64,000 bases of DNA from Octopus vulgaris (taxonomy: Eukaryota), in the NCBI GenBank assembly GCA_951406725.2, contig OX597827.1, positions 19,592,001-19,656,000 on the forward strand, read 5' to 3'. Below the pieces are notes generated by a model that was given only the letters and a program-made list of their open reading frames with translations, had not been told where the DNA came from and searched no databases. This document shows positions 40,787 through 54,656 of the stretch, one piece after another. Made by a program: the position numbers and the translations under genes. Every line of letters begins with the position of its first letter. Position 1 is the stretch's first letter.

Positions 40787-41239
40787 GAATCTTTTCGGTT
40801 TGAACGGCAGTTTTTTCTAGCGGTGTCATATGAAATTGTCACCCATAATTATGACCCTAGTATCGATCTATTGCATTTCAATCTCTTTTAGGGTTAGTTA
40901 GGGTTAGGGTTAGGGTTAGGGTTATGGTTAGGATTAGGGGTGGGGGGAAGGGTATCTTTTTTTCTTCACAAATGTAAATAAACCAAATCAGTTTCTTAAA
41001 CGAGGGACATATTCATATGGGACAGAATGCTTTTTAACTCAATGGACATCATTGATTGGTTGAAATTGCAGAAATTGAAGAAGAAAAAAACAACAAATAT
41101 CTTACAAATTATAGAATTTTCTCAATAAAGCCAAGAGAAGAAGATGTTTTATAAACACATTCTACCAGTATACGAAGTTTAAATTTTTTTAGTTAGCTAG
41201 AAATTATGTTAAAAACTGCCGGTCAAACCGAAAAGATCC
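40787..41239 (-). mobile_element. MITE family A
   Basis: Both TIRs; perfect 8-bp TSD AATTGAAG. Confidence 0.94.
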
Positions 41240-41523
41240 AATTGAAGATCAGCATCAATGCTGGGGCTGACATCTTAATTATTAAAGATTATCTGAATAT
41301 ATAAACACACACACGCACGCACACAAACGCACGCACACATACACACATACACACACACACACGCACTTTTCCAAGTTTTCTCAATTTGTTAGAATGAAAC
41401 TGACGTAGTTCAGTTAACGAACACCGTTAATAATTCTACATATAATAAATCTAATGTTTCGTGGTTTTCGGGCTAAACTTGACGATTTTTAATGTTTCCT
41501 GTTTTCAGAAACAACTTCATGTA

Positions 41524-41875
41524 TTCTTCTTCTTCTTCTTACAGCATTCACCCGGGGTGGGTTGAGCTGGCTTCATCCATCCTCAATGCTGCATCTCTCA
41601 CAAACGCCGACCAGGCCTGGCGATTTGAGGCTAACGACCGCGTAATCTCCAACCACTCCTTATTCCAGCGGCGAACGACGTAGATTATGGGGGCCTAGGT
41701 TGGGTTCCAGATAAGCCTTGACTGTCATCAGCCAGGTTTTTCGTTGTCCACTACATCGCTTTCGCCAACCCTGAAGGGGAGCTGGGGCAACTGCTTCGTA
41801 GATGAATTCTCCTGGTTGACGACGGAGGGCATGACCCAGCCAACGCAGACGTCTACACCAACTTCATGTATTGGC
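41524..41875 (-). mobile_element. RTE-like LINE 3' end
   Basis: GHALRR...GWRKRCSGQRKTW...LASNRQAW then (AAG)n tail. Confidence 0.7.
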
Positions 41876-41899
41876 GGACAGTCAACGGCTTTGTAAAGC

Positions 41900-42408
41900 A
41901 TCGTGGTGTCAGCACCCCAGCCCGACCTGGTTTTGCTAGATGATGGTTAGAGACGTGTGGTCCTTGGGGAGCTGACCGTGCCATGGGAAGAGAGCATTAC
42001 TGAGGCCCATGAGCCGAAGCTGTTGGGCTATGAAGAGCTGGTAGCTGAGATTCGGGAGAAGGGTTACATCTGTGAGCTGGTTGCGTTCGAGGTCGGCTGC
42101 AGAGGTTTCCCAGCAGCTTCTCTCAGAAGGTTTCTGAAGGTGGCTGGTGTATCTGCTGCAAGGAGGATCATCAAGGAACGAGGGGAGAAAGCAGTCGAGG
42201 GTAGTGCTTGGATGATCAGGAGGTTTGTGAAAGCGTATAAGACTATAGAATTGGCATGAGTCCGGTTGCAACGCAATTCATCTGGCTGTTGCGGGCCCAC
42301 TGTGTGGAGAGATACTGAGCATAATGGGCCAAAATCTCGGTGAAGCACGGCACTCAGCTGGTGATTACAGCTAGAGGAGAAATGGAGCACTCGGCGTTTT
42401 ACTTTTAC
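41900..42408 (+). mobile_element. HERO-clade LINE 3' end (restriction-like endonuclease)
   Basis: PDLVL..ELTVPWEE..EA..K..Y..L..EVGCRGF. Confidence 0.8.
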
Positions 42409-42897
42409 TGAGAAAAAATGATCTTTGGCACATACCTCCTGGCCTATGTCAAAATATTTGTTGTATGTCGGTTGTATGTCTGAGAAAGGATAAAACTATA
42501 GTTTCAATCGGGTACTACCATTGCCTTTTAGAGACGATGGTCTATTAGATATCTTTACGGTTGTTAGTGGATCACTGATTATCCCCCTTTTTTGTTCTTT
42601 CTTGTTTTCGCTGTAATTATCTCTTCATCATTACACGTTGAAAGTGTAGCACAGCAGGTTGCTACTGTTTGGAAAAGCGCTAGTTTTTCATCTATTTGTA
42701 AACGGGGTCGAAAGATATTTCTTGTTTTTGCTTAATTTTCCCAATTTTTGGGGACATTCAACTCCAAGTTGTACTTTACTCCAACAAATATAACACGGCT
42801 TTCTGCATCAATCTGATGCCCTTTACTTGAAGAACTTTACTGGGTACAGTTCTAGTGTGGCTATGTGATATGTATGTACACACACATATATATATAT

Positions 42898-43121
42898 GCT
42901 GGCAGAAACGTTAGCACGCCGGGCGAAATGCGTGGCCGTATTTCGTCTGCCGTTACGTTCTGAGTTCAAATTCTGCCGAGGTCGACTTTGCCTTTCATCC
43001 TTTCGGGGTCGATTAAATTAAGTACCAGTTGCGCACTGGGGTCGATGTAATCGATTTAATCTATTTATCTGTCCTTGTTTGTCCCCTCTGTGTTTAGCCC
43101 CTTGTGGGTAGTAAAGAAATA
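42898..43121 (+). mobile_element. SINE family B monomer
   Basis: Matches family consensus. Confidence 0.9.
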
Positions 43122-43768
43122 TATGTGATATACAGAGCAAGTATATTATCCCAATAGGCCACGGCTGAACTGGAAACCAGAAATCCCCAAATACTACATT
43201 TCATCCTTGTATGAATATCAAGATGACTAATGGTTTCGTTTTCACTAGAATGTAAATAAAATTGAAAACTAGATTCGAACCAGATTTAAAAGTAATCTGT
43301 ATTAAAGTAGTCAAGCAGCGAACCTTACCAGAAATAGTAGCTAAATACCCGCCACTTACACCGTTTTTTCAATAAGTTTGCCATACATCTGTTCGAGCAG
43401 GACTGACCTGCGACTAAACAACATCAAACACTAAGATAAAAAATGTAACGCTACCGAAATAAGTAAAAAGGTTTCGGAGAAGGAAAAAAAATATAATTTC
43501 CGATCAGACAAGTTTATATTGACTAGAATCCATCTGATCACTAAAACAGCGTCAAATTCAATAGTGTGTCTTTGTTTTATTATTATTATTATTTCTTTTT
43601 CTTCATCAAGCACAAATAAAACGATTCTGATCGGGAAATAATAAGTCTAAAAGACGCAATGACAGGATTTATCGTAGCGTGAAATAAGCATGACAATAAC
43701 AGGACGGTGACAGTGCTAGCGAGAGAAGAAGCCTTCGAATGGAGACACAAAGAATGCGCTTGGCTACA

Positions 43769-43897
<129 letters not shown>

Positions 43898-44022
43898 ATA
43901 TATATATACATACATACATACATGCATACATACATACATACACAGATATACATACATATATATATATGTGTGTGTACATACATATTTATACACACACATA
44001 TATATATGTAGGTTTATATATG

Positions 44023-44131
<109 letters not shown>

Positions 44132-44152
44132 GTGTGTATATATATGTATATA

Positions 44153-44218
<66 letters not shown>

Positions 44219-44551
44219 CATACACAGATATACATACATACATATATATGTAGGTTTATATATGTATGTTTATAAATGTTTGTATGTATGCATATGTATA
44301 TATACACACACATATATACATACGTATGTATTAATACTATGTGCGCGCGGGCACACAGCTATGTATTTCAAACATTTATAAATTAATAGTTTGATTCAAC
44401 GACCATAAAATACCTGAAATGTTTATAAATATAATCAAATTTGAATGTGAAACAATCAAAGAACAAATTATGTTGTAGCTTCGGTGGTGTTTAAAACTCC
44501 TTTCGAAAATTTGATTCTTAAACGAGGATTTTTAATCACTTCAACGTTCCT

Positions 44552-44627
44552 GTATATAAAGTCTGTGCACTATCATTTAAGATAGATGCTTAATAGTGGA
44601 CGAGTGTGTATGTGTGTCTATGAGTGC

Positions 44628-44682
<55 letters not shown>

Positions 44683-45788
44683 AGAGAGAAACTGAAGGGG
44701 AAAGGAAAACAAAGAGTATGACGTTAGAAGCTATCGACATTTTTGTACATGTATATAAAGTTAGTCTGTATATGAGTGTGTATGAGTGTATATGAGTGTA
44801 TATGAGTGTATATGAGTATATGAGTGTATATGAGTGTATATGAGTGTGTATATAAAGTATATATGAGTATATATGAGTATATAAAGTATATATGATTATA
44901 TGAGTGTATATGAGTGTGTATATAAAGTCTGTGCACTATCATTTAAGATAGATGCTTAATAGTGGACGAGTGTGTATGTGTGTCTATGAGTGCGTATATG
45001 TGTGTGTGAGTGTGTGTGTGTGTATGAGCGTGTGTGTATGTGTGTGTGTGTGTATATGTGAGAGAAAAACTAAAGGGGGAAAGGAAAACAAAGAGTATGA
45101 CGTTAGAAGCTATCGACATTTTTGTACATGGCATTATCTCCTACTCTAACACGATTTCTTTAAAACTGTCAATCATTCACCATCTTTATTCTCAAATCTT
45201 TTGTTTTTTATCCTAGGAAATATCCGACCCAGAACTTTTTCATCGCGTATTATTTTGGAATTAATTTGGATTTGTTTGCATATTCTGAAAAGATTTGTTA
45301 AGAAATTGTGACTTTATTTAAAGAAAAAAATTATGTATGTACGCGTGCGCAACACATACACAGTCAAACACATATTTATTAGGTGGGAAGGAACTTAATT
45401 CTTTGGTCTATTTAATAAAGATAATATTTCCCCTCATTGTTGATAATCCTGTTTGGCAAACTGTTGATCCCTCACAAAATGCTCCAAGTTAAAAAACAAC
45501 AAATACTCAATATAATTTTTAATCTTTTCACAGTTAATAAACTGTTCTCCTTCAAATTACTTTAGTAATGATCTGAAAAGATGATTGTCTGTTGGATTGT
45601 CTGGCAAGAGAGTAAGGAGGATGAGGTAAAAAAAAGAGAGTAAGGAGGATGAGTAGGAGATAATGTCATGTACAAAAATGTCGATAGCTTCTAACGTCAT
45701 ACTCTTTGTTTTCCTTTCCCCCTTTAGGTTCTCTCTCACATATACACACATACACACATGCTCATACACACACACACACTCACACACA

Positions 45789-45829
<41 letters not shown>

Positions 45830-45890
45830 AAACATACATATACGCTCTCATAGACACACATACATACTCGTCCACTATTAAGCATCTATC
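44552..45890. repeat. Triplicated ~200-bp unit (two direct copies, one inverted) with a 10-bp TATATGAGTG minisatellite
   Basis: Direct copies about 44552-44750 and 44918-45130; inverted copy 45651-45890. Confidence 0.85.
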
Positions 45891-45904
45891 GTAATATCAT
45901 TTGG

Positions 45905-46850
45905 TGTCATAAGCTTTTCCTGAGTAACTTCGGCAATATGGGTCTTGTTATATGATGTGAGAGCAACTCTCTTTCACGATTGACCAGTGAGGGCTGCTTT
46001 TCCTGCAATTCTCTGTGCAATGCTTCCAGTTGATGACAATACTTCTCCGCATTAACTGTTTTATTTTGGTTTGAGACTTCACGATTGACGACTCGCTTCA
46101 TATCTAACCAAACATAGAGCAGAACATTTTCTGTGGTGTAGTCCTAGTTTCTGGATAGATTTTCCTTTCTCATTCGGTGCTAACCATTGTCGTCTTCGTT
46201 GAATCTCTCTCTATATAAACAGCAAAATGTCTGCGTGTGTGTCCTTTATACAAATCCACAATTTTTCAGTTAGAGGGCTCGCACTTTCTATGGTCATTCA
46301 CAACTGTCCAAGGGTGGTCGTGCATATCTTTACATTGCAGTTTGAACGGCAGTTTTTTCTAGCGGTGTCACTTTCGGAGATGTAATAAATCGAGAATTAA
46401 TCCTAACGAAAGTCACCCCGCAAAGCCATTAAAAAATCAATAGAAGTGACTTTTTTGTGAAGTTTCTATCCAAAACCCAATCAAAATGCCCGAAACTTGA
46501 TACGCCAATTGAATGCCAGCTAGCTATATGTGATTGGTCAGAGATTTGGACAGTACTCGCGTGTATGTGCGCACGCACGCAGCTGTATATGCATGCACTA
46601 GCAGTATGACCCGGTGTTGCCGGATCATAGTGCTAGTATGATTATAAAGGATCCACTTTTCATATGTGACGAATCTACTCTGGAAAGATTCAGTAGCAAG
46701 TCTACTTTTCACCGACGAGCAGAGGACAACTGTTTGATTAAGTTGACAAGTAGTCAGATGATGAGAAAGCCACTGACCAAACTTAGACACTTTTTCTAGT
46801 TTATGAGCGAAGTGTAACTTGAATTGAACTTTTTTGCTAACTCTCATGCT
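45905..46850 (-). pseudogene. mariner transposase relic split by a Helitron
   Basis: GQWLSHHLT (WVPHEL), RFVTYEKWILYN, TVNAEKYCHQL..LLSHHITRP (HDNARP). Confidence 0.85.
46204..46636 (+). mobile_element. Non-autonomous Helitron
   Basis: A|TC...hairpin GACCCGGTGTTGCCGGATC...CTAG|T, no TSD; removing it restores the mariner frame WILYNHIQRRRQW. Confidence 0.9.
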
Positions 46851-47706
46851 TTTCCCTTGACGATTGGCATTATTTTGTCCAAAATATTTTTGCTTACCCT
46901 TCCTAGGTCGGATTTGGTGGGGCATATTAGGCGTATGAAAGGTGTAATAATAAGTCCTTCTTGTGATCCTTGAAGTTAAAGTGTGGAGATGTAGGGCAGT
47001 ATGGTTCGGTTCGATCATCTACTAGTATATATATTTTCTTCTACTACTCAGCACTGACCTGTCCAACCACCTAATCTATATTCCTAAATTCTTCATTCCA
47101 CACCACCCCCACTCCCTTCTCTATCACTTTGACTCTATCACTACATAACTGACACTCCATTACTTTTTATACCTCTGTCTCTCTCTTTCACCCTCATTCC
47201 TTCTATCGTTTTACACTCTAATACTTTTCTCTCTCAATCATCCTCATCTCTCCATTCCTACTTTCAAATTATCTTGACTGGCCACTAACTGGTACACTTT
47301 CCCATATCTCTCTCTCTTTTTTCTTTTTTCTTTTTTTTCTTTATTCCTCTTCCTGTTTTTTCTTCCTTTTTTTTCTTCTTTTTTTTCTTCCCTTTTATTT
47401 CTCCCTTCTTTATTCCGCTCTTTCTGATTTCTATTTGACCTTACAAATACATTCCCTACTTTTAGGTCACTTTAAATAAAACACTTGATTCAATAGCACT
47501 GCGTACAAACTCTATACTTGGAATGACCAATTTTAGACACTATTTGATTTTACTCAGAAGTTATTGGAATCTTATGTGTATACCATTCTGCCTGAATAAT
47601 GGATCTACAAATGCAATATCCCTGCATATCTCACATCTATTTTCACTTCACTCTCTATTTCGTATCTTATCTAATTTAACTATTGCTTAACCATTTTCTT
47701 ACACCA

Positions 47707-47752
47707 TCTCCGATGAAGGGATATAATAAATATCTTGGAAACAGCTGTAAGA
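47707..47752 (+). ncRNA. Type I hammerhead-like motif in a PLE 3' repeat
   Basis: UCU CCGAUGA AGGGAUA..UAUCUUG GAA ACAGCUGU A AGA; palindromic stem III, GUA site, U4C. Confidence 0.55.
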
Positions 47753-47992
47753 CCTTCTTTTTATAAATGTTCTAAAATCTTCACAGCCTTAGTTTTTTAT
47801 CTCATTCTGAAAAGAAATTCTTATATATACACATGCTGATATATGACCTACGTTGGACTTCTTATTCGCGTATTCACCGAACCTGGAGCTTAACTATAGT
47901 CTGTCCATAGCACTTACTCAGCATTACCTGACACCTTTGGGTCTTACTGACACCATTACCTCTCATAACCTCTCTCTCTCTCCATACACACA

Positions 47993-48061
<69 letters not shown>

Positions 48062-48083
48062 TTATTTATATATATATATATTA

Positions 48084-48690
48084 CTACGAACGAGAAATTA
48101 TTTGAATATAATTTTCGGTGGTACTACGCGAATTAGAACACCACTCTCTACTTTTGCAATGGGAGATGTAATAAATCGAGAATTAATCATAACGAAAAAA
48201 ATAATTGATTTTGGTCACATGACTGTTTAAAATAGGCTGCATGGTTTGGCGTGCTTTTACTCTGTCGGCAGACTGTAAATGCTAGTGGACGAACATGCGT
48301 AAAAGGCTTGGATTATAAAAGAGGAAATGTCTTTCAACTCACAAGATTTTTGAATTGAAATTGCAGAGTTTAAGATGGGAATTATTGCTCTATGATGGAA
48401 GTAAAGAAGATTCAATTCACAGAATATAATTATCAGAAGTTATAGATTTTATATACATTTATCGGGTCGACAAACGTCTTGTGAGGTGGTAGTGTTACGA
48501 ACGAGAAATTATCTGAATATAATTTCTGCTCGTTCGTATGACGTGAATTAGAACACCACCCTCTAGTTTTGCAAGGGAAGACGTAATAAATAAAAAATTA
48601 ATCCTAATGAAAAAATAATTGATTCTAATTACGTGATTGTTTAAAGTTGGCTGGATGGTTTGGCGCGCTATAGATACTAGTGGGGGAACA
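48084..48690 (+). mobile_element. Two diverged copies of an LTR-like 5' end
   Basis: 48084-48256 similar to 48493-48670; second copy begins TGTTACG. Confidence 0.5.
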
Positions 48691-49054
48691 TGTGGCAGGT
48701 AGTCTGTGCCGGGAGCTGAGTCTGTTATAAAGATTACACCACCTTCCTCCTTTAACAAGAAACATAAGGTAAGTTTCTTCTGCATAGTGGCCATCCTGAA
48801 AGACACAGTATGGACGACGCGTGGAAGAGGAATTGAGACAGGTAAATTCAGCTCCGGACGCGGGTTGATTAGTTTTTTTTAACTATCACCTGCAGAGTAA
48901 GATCCGTCTGGAGAGGAAGTCCCTGTCTCAAGACATGTTTCAAAAAAGATGGACGCATGTAGTAAGAATGATGCGAGTGGAAGGTGTCGAACTGTAGTAG
49001 CCGGTTTTGGGGGAAAAAGGAAAAAATTACGGAAAGAAAGGTATGAAAACAGCC

Positions 49055-49483
49055 GGATCTTTTCGGTTTGAACGGCAATTTTTAACATAATTTCTAGGTA
49101 ACTAAAAAATTTTAAACTTCGTATACTGGTAGAATGTGTTTATAAAACATCTTTTTCTCTTGGCTTTATTGAGAAAATTCTATAGTTTGTAAGATATTTG
49201 TTGTTTTTTCTTCTTGAATTTCTGCAATTTCAACCAATCACTGACGTCTATTGAGGTAAAAAAAACATTCTGTGCCGTATGAATATGTCCATCGTTTAAG
49301 AAACATATTTGGTTTATTTACATTTCTGAAGAAAAAAGATACTCTTCCCCCCACCCCTAACTCTAACTAACCCTAACCCTAAAACAGATTGAAATGCAAT
49401 AGATCGATACTAGGGTCATAATTATGGGTGACAATTTCATATGACACCGCTAGAAAAAACTGCCGTTCAAACCGAAAAGATTC
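49055..49483 (+). mobile_element. MITE family A
   Basis: Both TIRs. Confidence 0.92.
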
Positions 49484-49840
49484 GTTACTACCCCGCTGAT
49501 CACATTCCTACACTGAACCGTTTAATTAACCTTTTACATCTTCACTCAACCAGTCCCTTTCACTCTCCGCATTCGACTCACTTTCTTCCATCTTTTAACA
49601 TATTTACTAGATTGCAGACATCTCCTCTCCAGTCGTACTTTCCGTTTTTTGTGTCGTCTATTTGAGTGTTTTGCGTTCTTGTCCCATTTTGTATTTTTAT
49701 ATATATATTTTTATACATATGTGTATATATATGTATATATATGTATGCATATATATGTATGTATATATATGTATATATATGTATGTATGTATATGTATGT
49801 ATATATACTCAAAATAAGCAACAAGAATGACTCCGGTAAT

Positions 49841-49926
49841 TTGGTACGATCGTTTCGTACTACATCATTTTATTAAATGTTGTAAGTATTACAACGCTTT
49901 TAAAATGCTGAGCACTCATCAGCCAA
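49841..49926 (-). ncRNA. Type I hammerhead ribozyme, long stem II
   Basis: UUGG CUGAUGA GUGCU...AGUAC GAA ACGAUCGU A CCAA; canonical core. Confidence 0.85.
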
Positions 49927-50656
49927 TTATAGAGGTTTTCCATTAATACAAAAATTTTCATACCAAATGGCAGCATTATAGAGAAGGTAGATATATAGAC
50001 AAAGATGTGGATTTAAATTTTAAGAACATTTGAGGTAATGGAGTCCATCAACTGACTGACTAAGATTCGGTTGTTCCAGACCTGTGTAAGGTTCTGAGAG
50101 GGAAGAATAAGTGGAAGGAGACAATAAAGATTTTCTAATTATAGAAATGTTGTTAGGGGGATTTCAGAGCTCCATATAAGGAATTTATGTAGAAGACAGC
50201 ATTGTCACTACTAAATGCCAATTACTATTTGATCAACAGATTCGGCGGTAGGAGAACTAGGTCAATGTCAAGTGGTCACAATAACATTCACAGATGATGC
50301 AGAGACCTTACAAACCCTATGCACATCATCACAACAGTTGGTCAATACGTTCCAAGTACTTTGACACGTTAGAATAAAGGAAAAAATATAAATCTAAAAT
50401 TTATTCAATTTGGAGAAAAAAACTATCACTTATTATGAGTAGGCATAGTACTTATTAACTGGGCGAAAAAGCCTTATTAATCAAGTGAACCTATTATGGG
50501 TCAAAATATAAACTAAGAAAGATGGAAGAGGGAAAATTAAAGAAAGAAGATAATCATGTATGTATATATATATGTATATATATGTATATTTATATACATA
50601 TATATATATATATATACATATGTATATATATATATGTATATATGTATGTACATATA

Positions 50657-50713
<57 letters not shown>

Positions 50714-50812
50714 ATATATATATATATGTAAACGTATATATATATATATGTATATATGTATATGTATATATATATGTATATATATATATATGTATATATA
50801 TATATGTATATG

Positions 50813-50846
<34 letters not shown>

Positions 50847-51105
50847 TGTAAATGTATATTTATATGTAAATGTATATATATATATATGCATATGTATATA
50901 CATATATGTATATATATGTATATATATGTGTGTATGTGTATATATATATATGTGCATATGTATATATATATATGTATATAAGTTCAGCAAAAATTTAGAT
51001 TCAAATGAATATGGTACTTAATTTAGATGCACCAGAATTTTGTATGGTGTTATCCATAAAAATTTGATTATAATCAAAATAAGCAACAAGAATGACTCCG
51101 GTAAT

Positions 51106-51191
51106 TTGGTACAATCGTTTCGTAATACATCATTTTATTAAATGTTGTAAGTATTACAACAGATTTAAGATGCTGAGTACTCATCAGCCAA
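51106..51191 (-). ncRNA. Type I hammerhead ribozyme, long stem II
   Basis: UUGG CUGAUGA GUA...UAC GAA ACGAUUGU A CCAA. Confidence 0.82.
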
Positions 51192-51780
51192 TTATAGAGG
51201 TTTTCCATTAATACAAAAGTTTTCAAATCAAGTGGCAACATTATAGAGAAGGTAGATATACAGACAAAGATGTAGATTTAAATTTTAAGAACATATGAGG
51301 TAGTGAAGTCCTTCCACTGACTGACAAAGATATGGCTGTTCCTAACTGCTATAAGGTTAGAAGTAATAAAGATTTTTTAATTGTAGAAATGGGGTAAAGG
51401 AGGTTTCAGAACACCATAAAAGGAATTCATGTTGAAGACAGCAATTGCCACTAACAAATGCCAATTACTGCTATTTGGTGAGAGAAACTAGGTCAATGTC
51501 AAATGGTCTAAATCCCATTTACAGAGAGTGTAATTTAGAGAAAAAAAAGGGGAAAACCTATCACTTATTATTATGAGTAGGCATAGTATTTTATAATTGG
51601 GGGAAAGCCTTATTAATTTTAAAGCTAGATTAAATTTAGAAAAAAATTCCAATTTCAAGTTTGCAGTGAAATTTTTTTAGTCATCTATGAATGTTAAATT
51701 GAAAGCTAGTATAGTATATTTCTTATTATTTGATTATATTGAATTAAAATTTGAAAAATATAGGAATACTCACAACATTA

Positions 51781-52432
51781 TTATTTAAAGTATTTAAACG
51801 TTCGGGTTGTGCAATGTATACAAGATACTCCCAACTCCAGACGATTATTCCAGAAATTTGTATTACTCTGATGTTTTAAAATTTCATAAGTTTCCATAGA
51901 ACAAAGTTGACAACCTTCCCTACTATTTCTATAAGGTTGCGCCCTTCTAACTATATCCCATTTTAGGTTGAATTCTATATTATTTGTTTTTAGTTCCCAA
52001 ATTTTGCTAGATAGTGTTGTGCAACCTGCCTTATGTTTGAGCCTAAAAGAGGAAAAATGATTGTTAAGACGTCTTTTAAGATTCACCGAACATCCGAAAT
52101 CAAGAAAGCTATTGCTAGAAGTTATTATCGTGCATTTATAAATTACGTTTTGGACCGAACAACGACCAGATACCGGACATTTTGATCTAATCCTACAATT
52201 ACAACTGGGGGGATAGTGTTCGGTTCTGGAATTATTTAAGGACAGTTCACTCACATTACTGTTATTTAAATTATTATTAGTATTAATATTACTTTCATTA
52301 ATAGTAATCAAGTTGTTATGCAAATTAGGGTTACTAGTTATTAATCCATTCTTACCATCATCACCTACCATACTTTTATCTATACTACCTATATTATTGG
52401 TATTGTTATTATCACTATTTACATCAATGTTG

Positions 52433-52481
<49 letters not shown>

Positions 52482-52522
52482 CATCATTATTAATATTATT
52501 TTTATTATTTTTATTATTACCA

Positions 52523-52553
<31 letters not shown>

Positions 52554-54394
52554 TGTTTTATGATATTTATGGGAGGCTGGGAAATTTTTTTCCAGTATAG
52601 ATTTAAATCTACTGTACACATTCGTCGAGATCGCATAATTAAAGGGGATATTTAGCCAAATGATATTTTCTCTTTTACATTTTTTGTTTAAGTACGAGTG
52701 GGAAGGAGTAGTGTTATCAGTATTCGTACGAGAATTATTATTCCTTTTAGTACTATTTGTATGCCTATCGGGTTTATCTAGGTTAGCATTTTCATATTTA
52801 TTTATGATCTGTTCCCTATTTTTATTCCTATAATTAGGTTTATACACTAGATTCTTTTTCTCCATTAATTTATGTTTATGTAGGGTATGAGAGTTTATAT
52901 TACTTACGTCATTTACATTCACTTCATTATTTGGGAGATTTGAGCTATCCATATCAAGAAAGGTGATTTCCTGGTCATATCCCGCCTTGGATAATGCTAT
53001 ATTGTAATGGTTAGAGTGAGAGTTAAAGATTTCACTATTTGATGGTAATTTTGCAACTCTTTGGGAAATATTTTTAATTAAGGATTTTAGTATATTCGGG
53101 GGGTGATTAGATGACTTACTTACATATCTAGTGACTTCACCCTCCTTTCTAAATGGGTAATGTAACTTTGAATTTAGGTCTAAGGTAACGTCTAGGAAAT
53201 TAATTATCTTAGTGTTAGGTTCATAAGTAATGCCTAGGTTAAAATCCTTGAAAAATTTGCTAATTTTCTTTTTTATCCTCTCAATACTTGATTTACTGTT
53301 GCTAGGTACAACAAACAAAGCATCATTCCTATATAGACCACCTTGTAACTCAGGGATATCTCTGTTTATGCATTTTAATAAGTATGCTCCCACCAGATTC
53401 GTTATCTCCGCTGAGTCACTAGAGCCCATAGGTATATCAAAATTATTAGGAGTATCCGCCCTAGTCCATAATTTACCTTCAAATTCGATGATAGTTTTTC
53501 TAGCTAATAGAATGATGTCAATTTCCTCCCTAGATATGAGAAAGCGGTTCATAGCAAAAATAAGCGATTTATTAAGTAGAATGGGGGATATACTAGAATA
53601 GTAATTGTTAATATCAAATTGGATAAAAGAAATTCTATTAGTGCTATCTAGAGATTTAAACCAATCTATCACTTCATCTGTATTAATCCATAGACTCAAG
53701 GGGAGATTAGAAATTATACGGGGTAGAATATTGTCCAAAATAGATTTGCTAAGTCGGCCAATGTCCGACTTAGTTGGACATATGAGTCTTACCGAGGGGT
53801 TTTCTAAGAAATTTTTCTTATGGTCCTTAAGATTGACCCTGGGTTCACTTGGTTTTAGAGGCTCCGTTCTATCGGCCAGATCGTAATTCACCATAACGTT
53901 TTTGATTTCTAAATTGATCTCTCTCAGGTTTTTCTTAGTCGTTACTTTATACCTTAAGTTTAGTTCCTTTCTAATGAGTTTGCTGTAAGTCGCATAATCC
54001 ATTCTGTAAAGTTTCCAGTTTTGTCGGCTGGGACTAGGATGCCCTGTTTATCTTGAATAGATTTAATGAAATCCTTTAGATGTCTAAGGTGTGGATTGTA
54101 TCTTAGTGGATGTTCCTTGAATTTTATATTTGCGATAAGGTCAAGTAGATCCTTTTCAAAGCTTTCAACCAATGGATACGGGGGTGGGCTCTTCCTACTT
54201 CTAAAAATCTTTTTGTAGCGATTATCCAGGTGTGTTAGTTGAGGGTCTTTTTTCTGTTTGGTATCGTAGTGGTAAGTAATCCATCTAAATCTTCGGATAA
54301 ATTCATTGATTCTTTGGATCAACAGCCATATGTATTCGTCCTTACTATGTAAGGGGAAATCCTTTGGGGAAAACTCTATATTTACCCTTTTCAT
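51781..54394 (-). pseudogene. PLE polyprotein: reverse transcriptase + GIY-YIG endonuclease, two frameshifts
   Basis: VPADKT, LKDHK..VRLI, QFDINNYY, MGSSDS, LYRNDA (YRDD degenerate), NFLDVTLDL, SNHP; CNCR..CP..C..VIYKC, R..H..SF, CQLC..E, N.R.EL..C.H; frameshifts near 54005 and 52555. Confidence 0.93.
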
Positions 54395-54570
54395 CCTTGT
54401 TGAGAAGTTAAGTACCGGAAAGCATACACAATGTATGGAATTATAAGTTCAGCAAAAATTTAGATTCGAATGAATATGGTACTTAATTTAGATGCACCAG
54501 AATTTTGTATGGTGTTATCCATAAAAATTTGATTATAATCAAAATAAGCAACAAGAATGACTCCGGTAAT

Positions 54571-54656
54571 TTGGTACAATCGTTTCGTACTACATCATTT
54601 TATTAAATGTTGTAAGTATTAAAACAGATTTAAGATGCTGAGTACTCATCAGCCAA
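54571..54656 (-). ncRNA. Type I hammerhead ribozyme, long stem II (5' of ORF)
   Basis: UUGG CUGAUGA GUACU...AGUAC GAA ACGAUUGU A CCAA. Confidence 0.85.

Noticed and set aside
51781-54394. Active PLE or selenoprotein-type Naiad
   Set aside because: Two frameshifts, YRND instead of YRDD and a degenerate YIG; no in-frame TGA at Cys positions and no SECIS recognisable by eye
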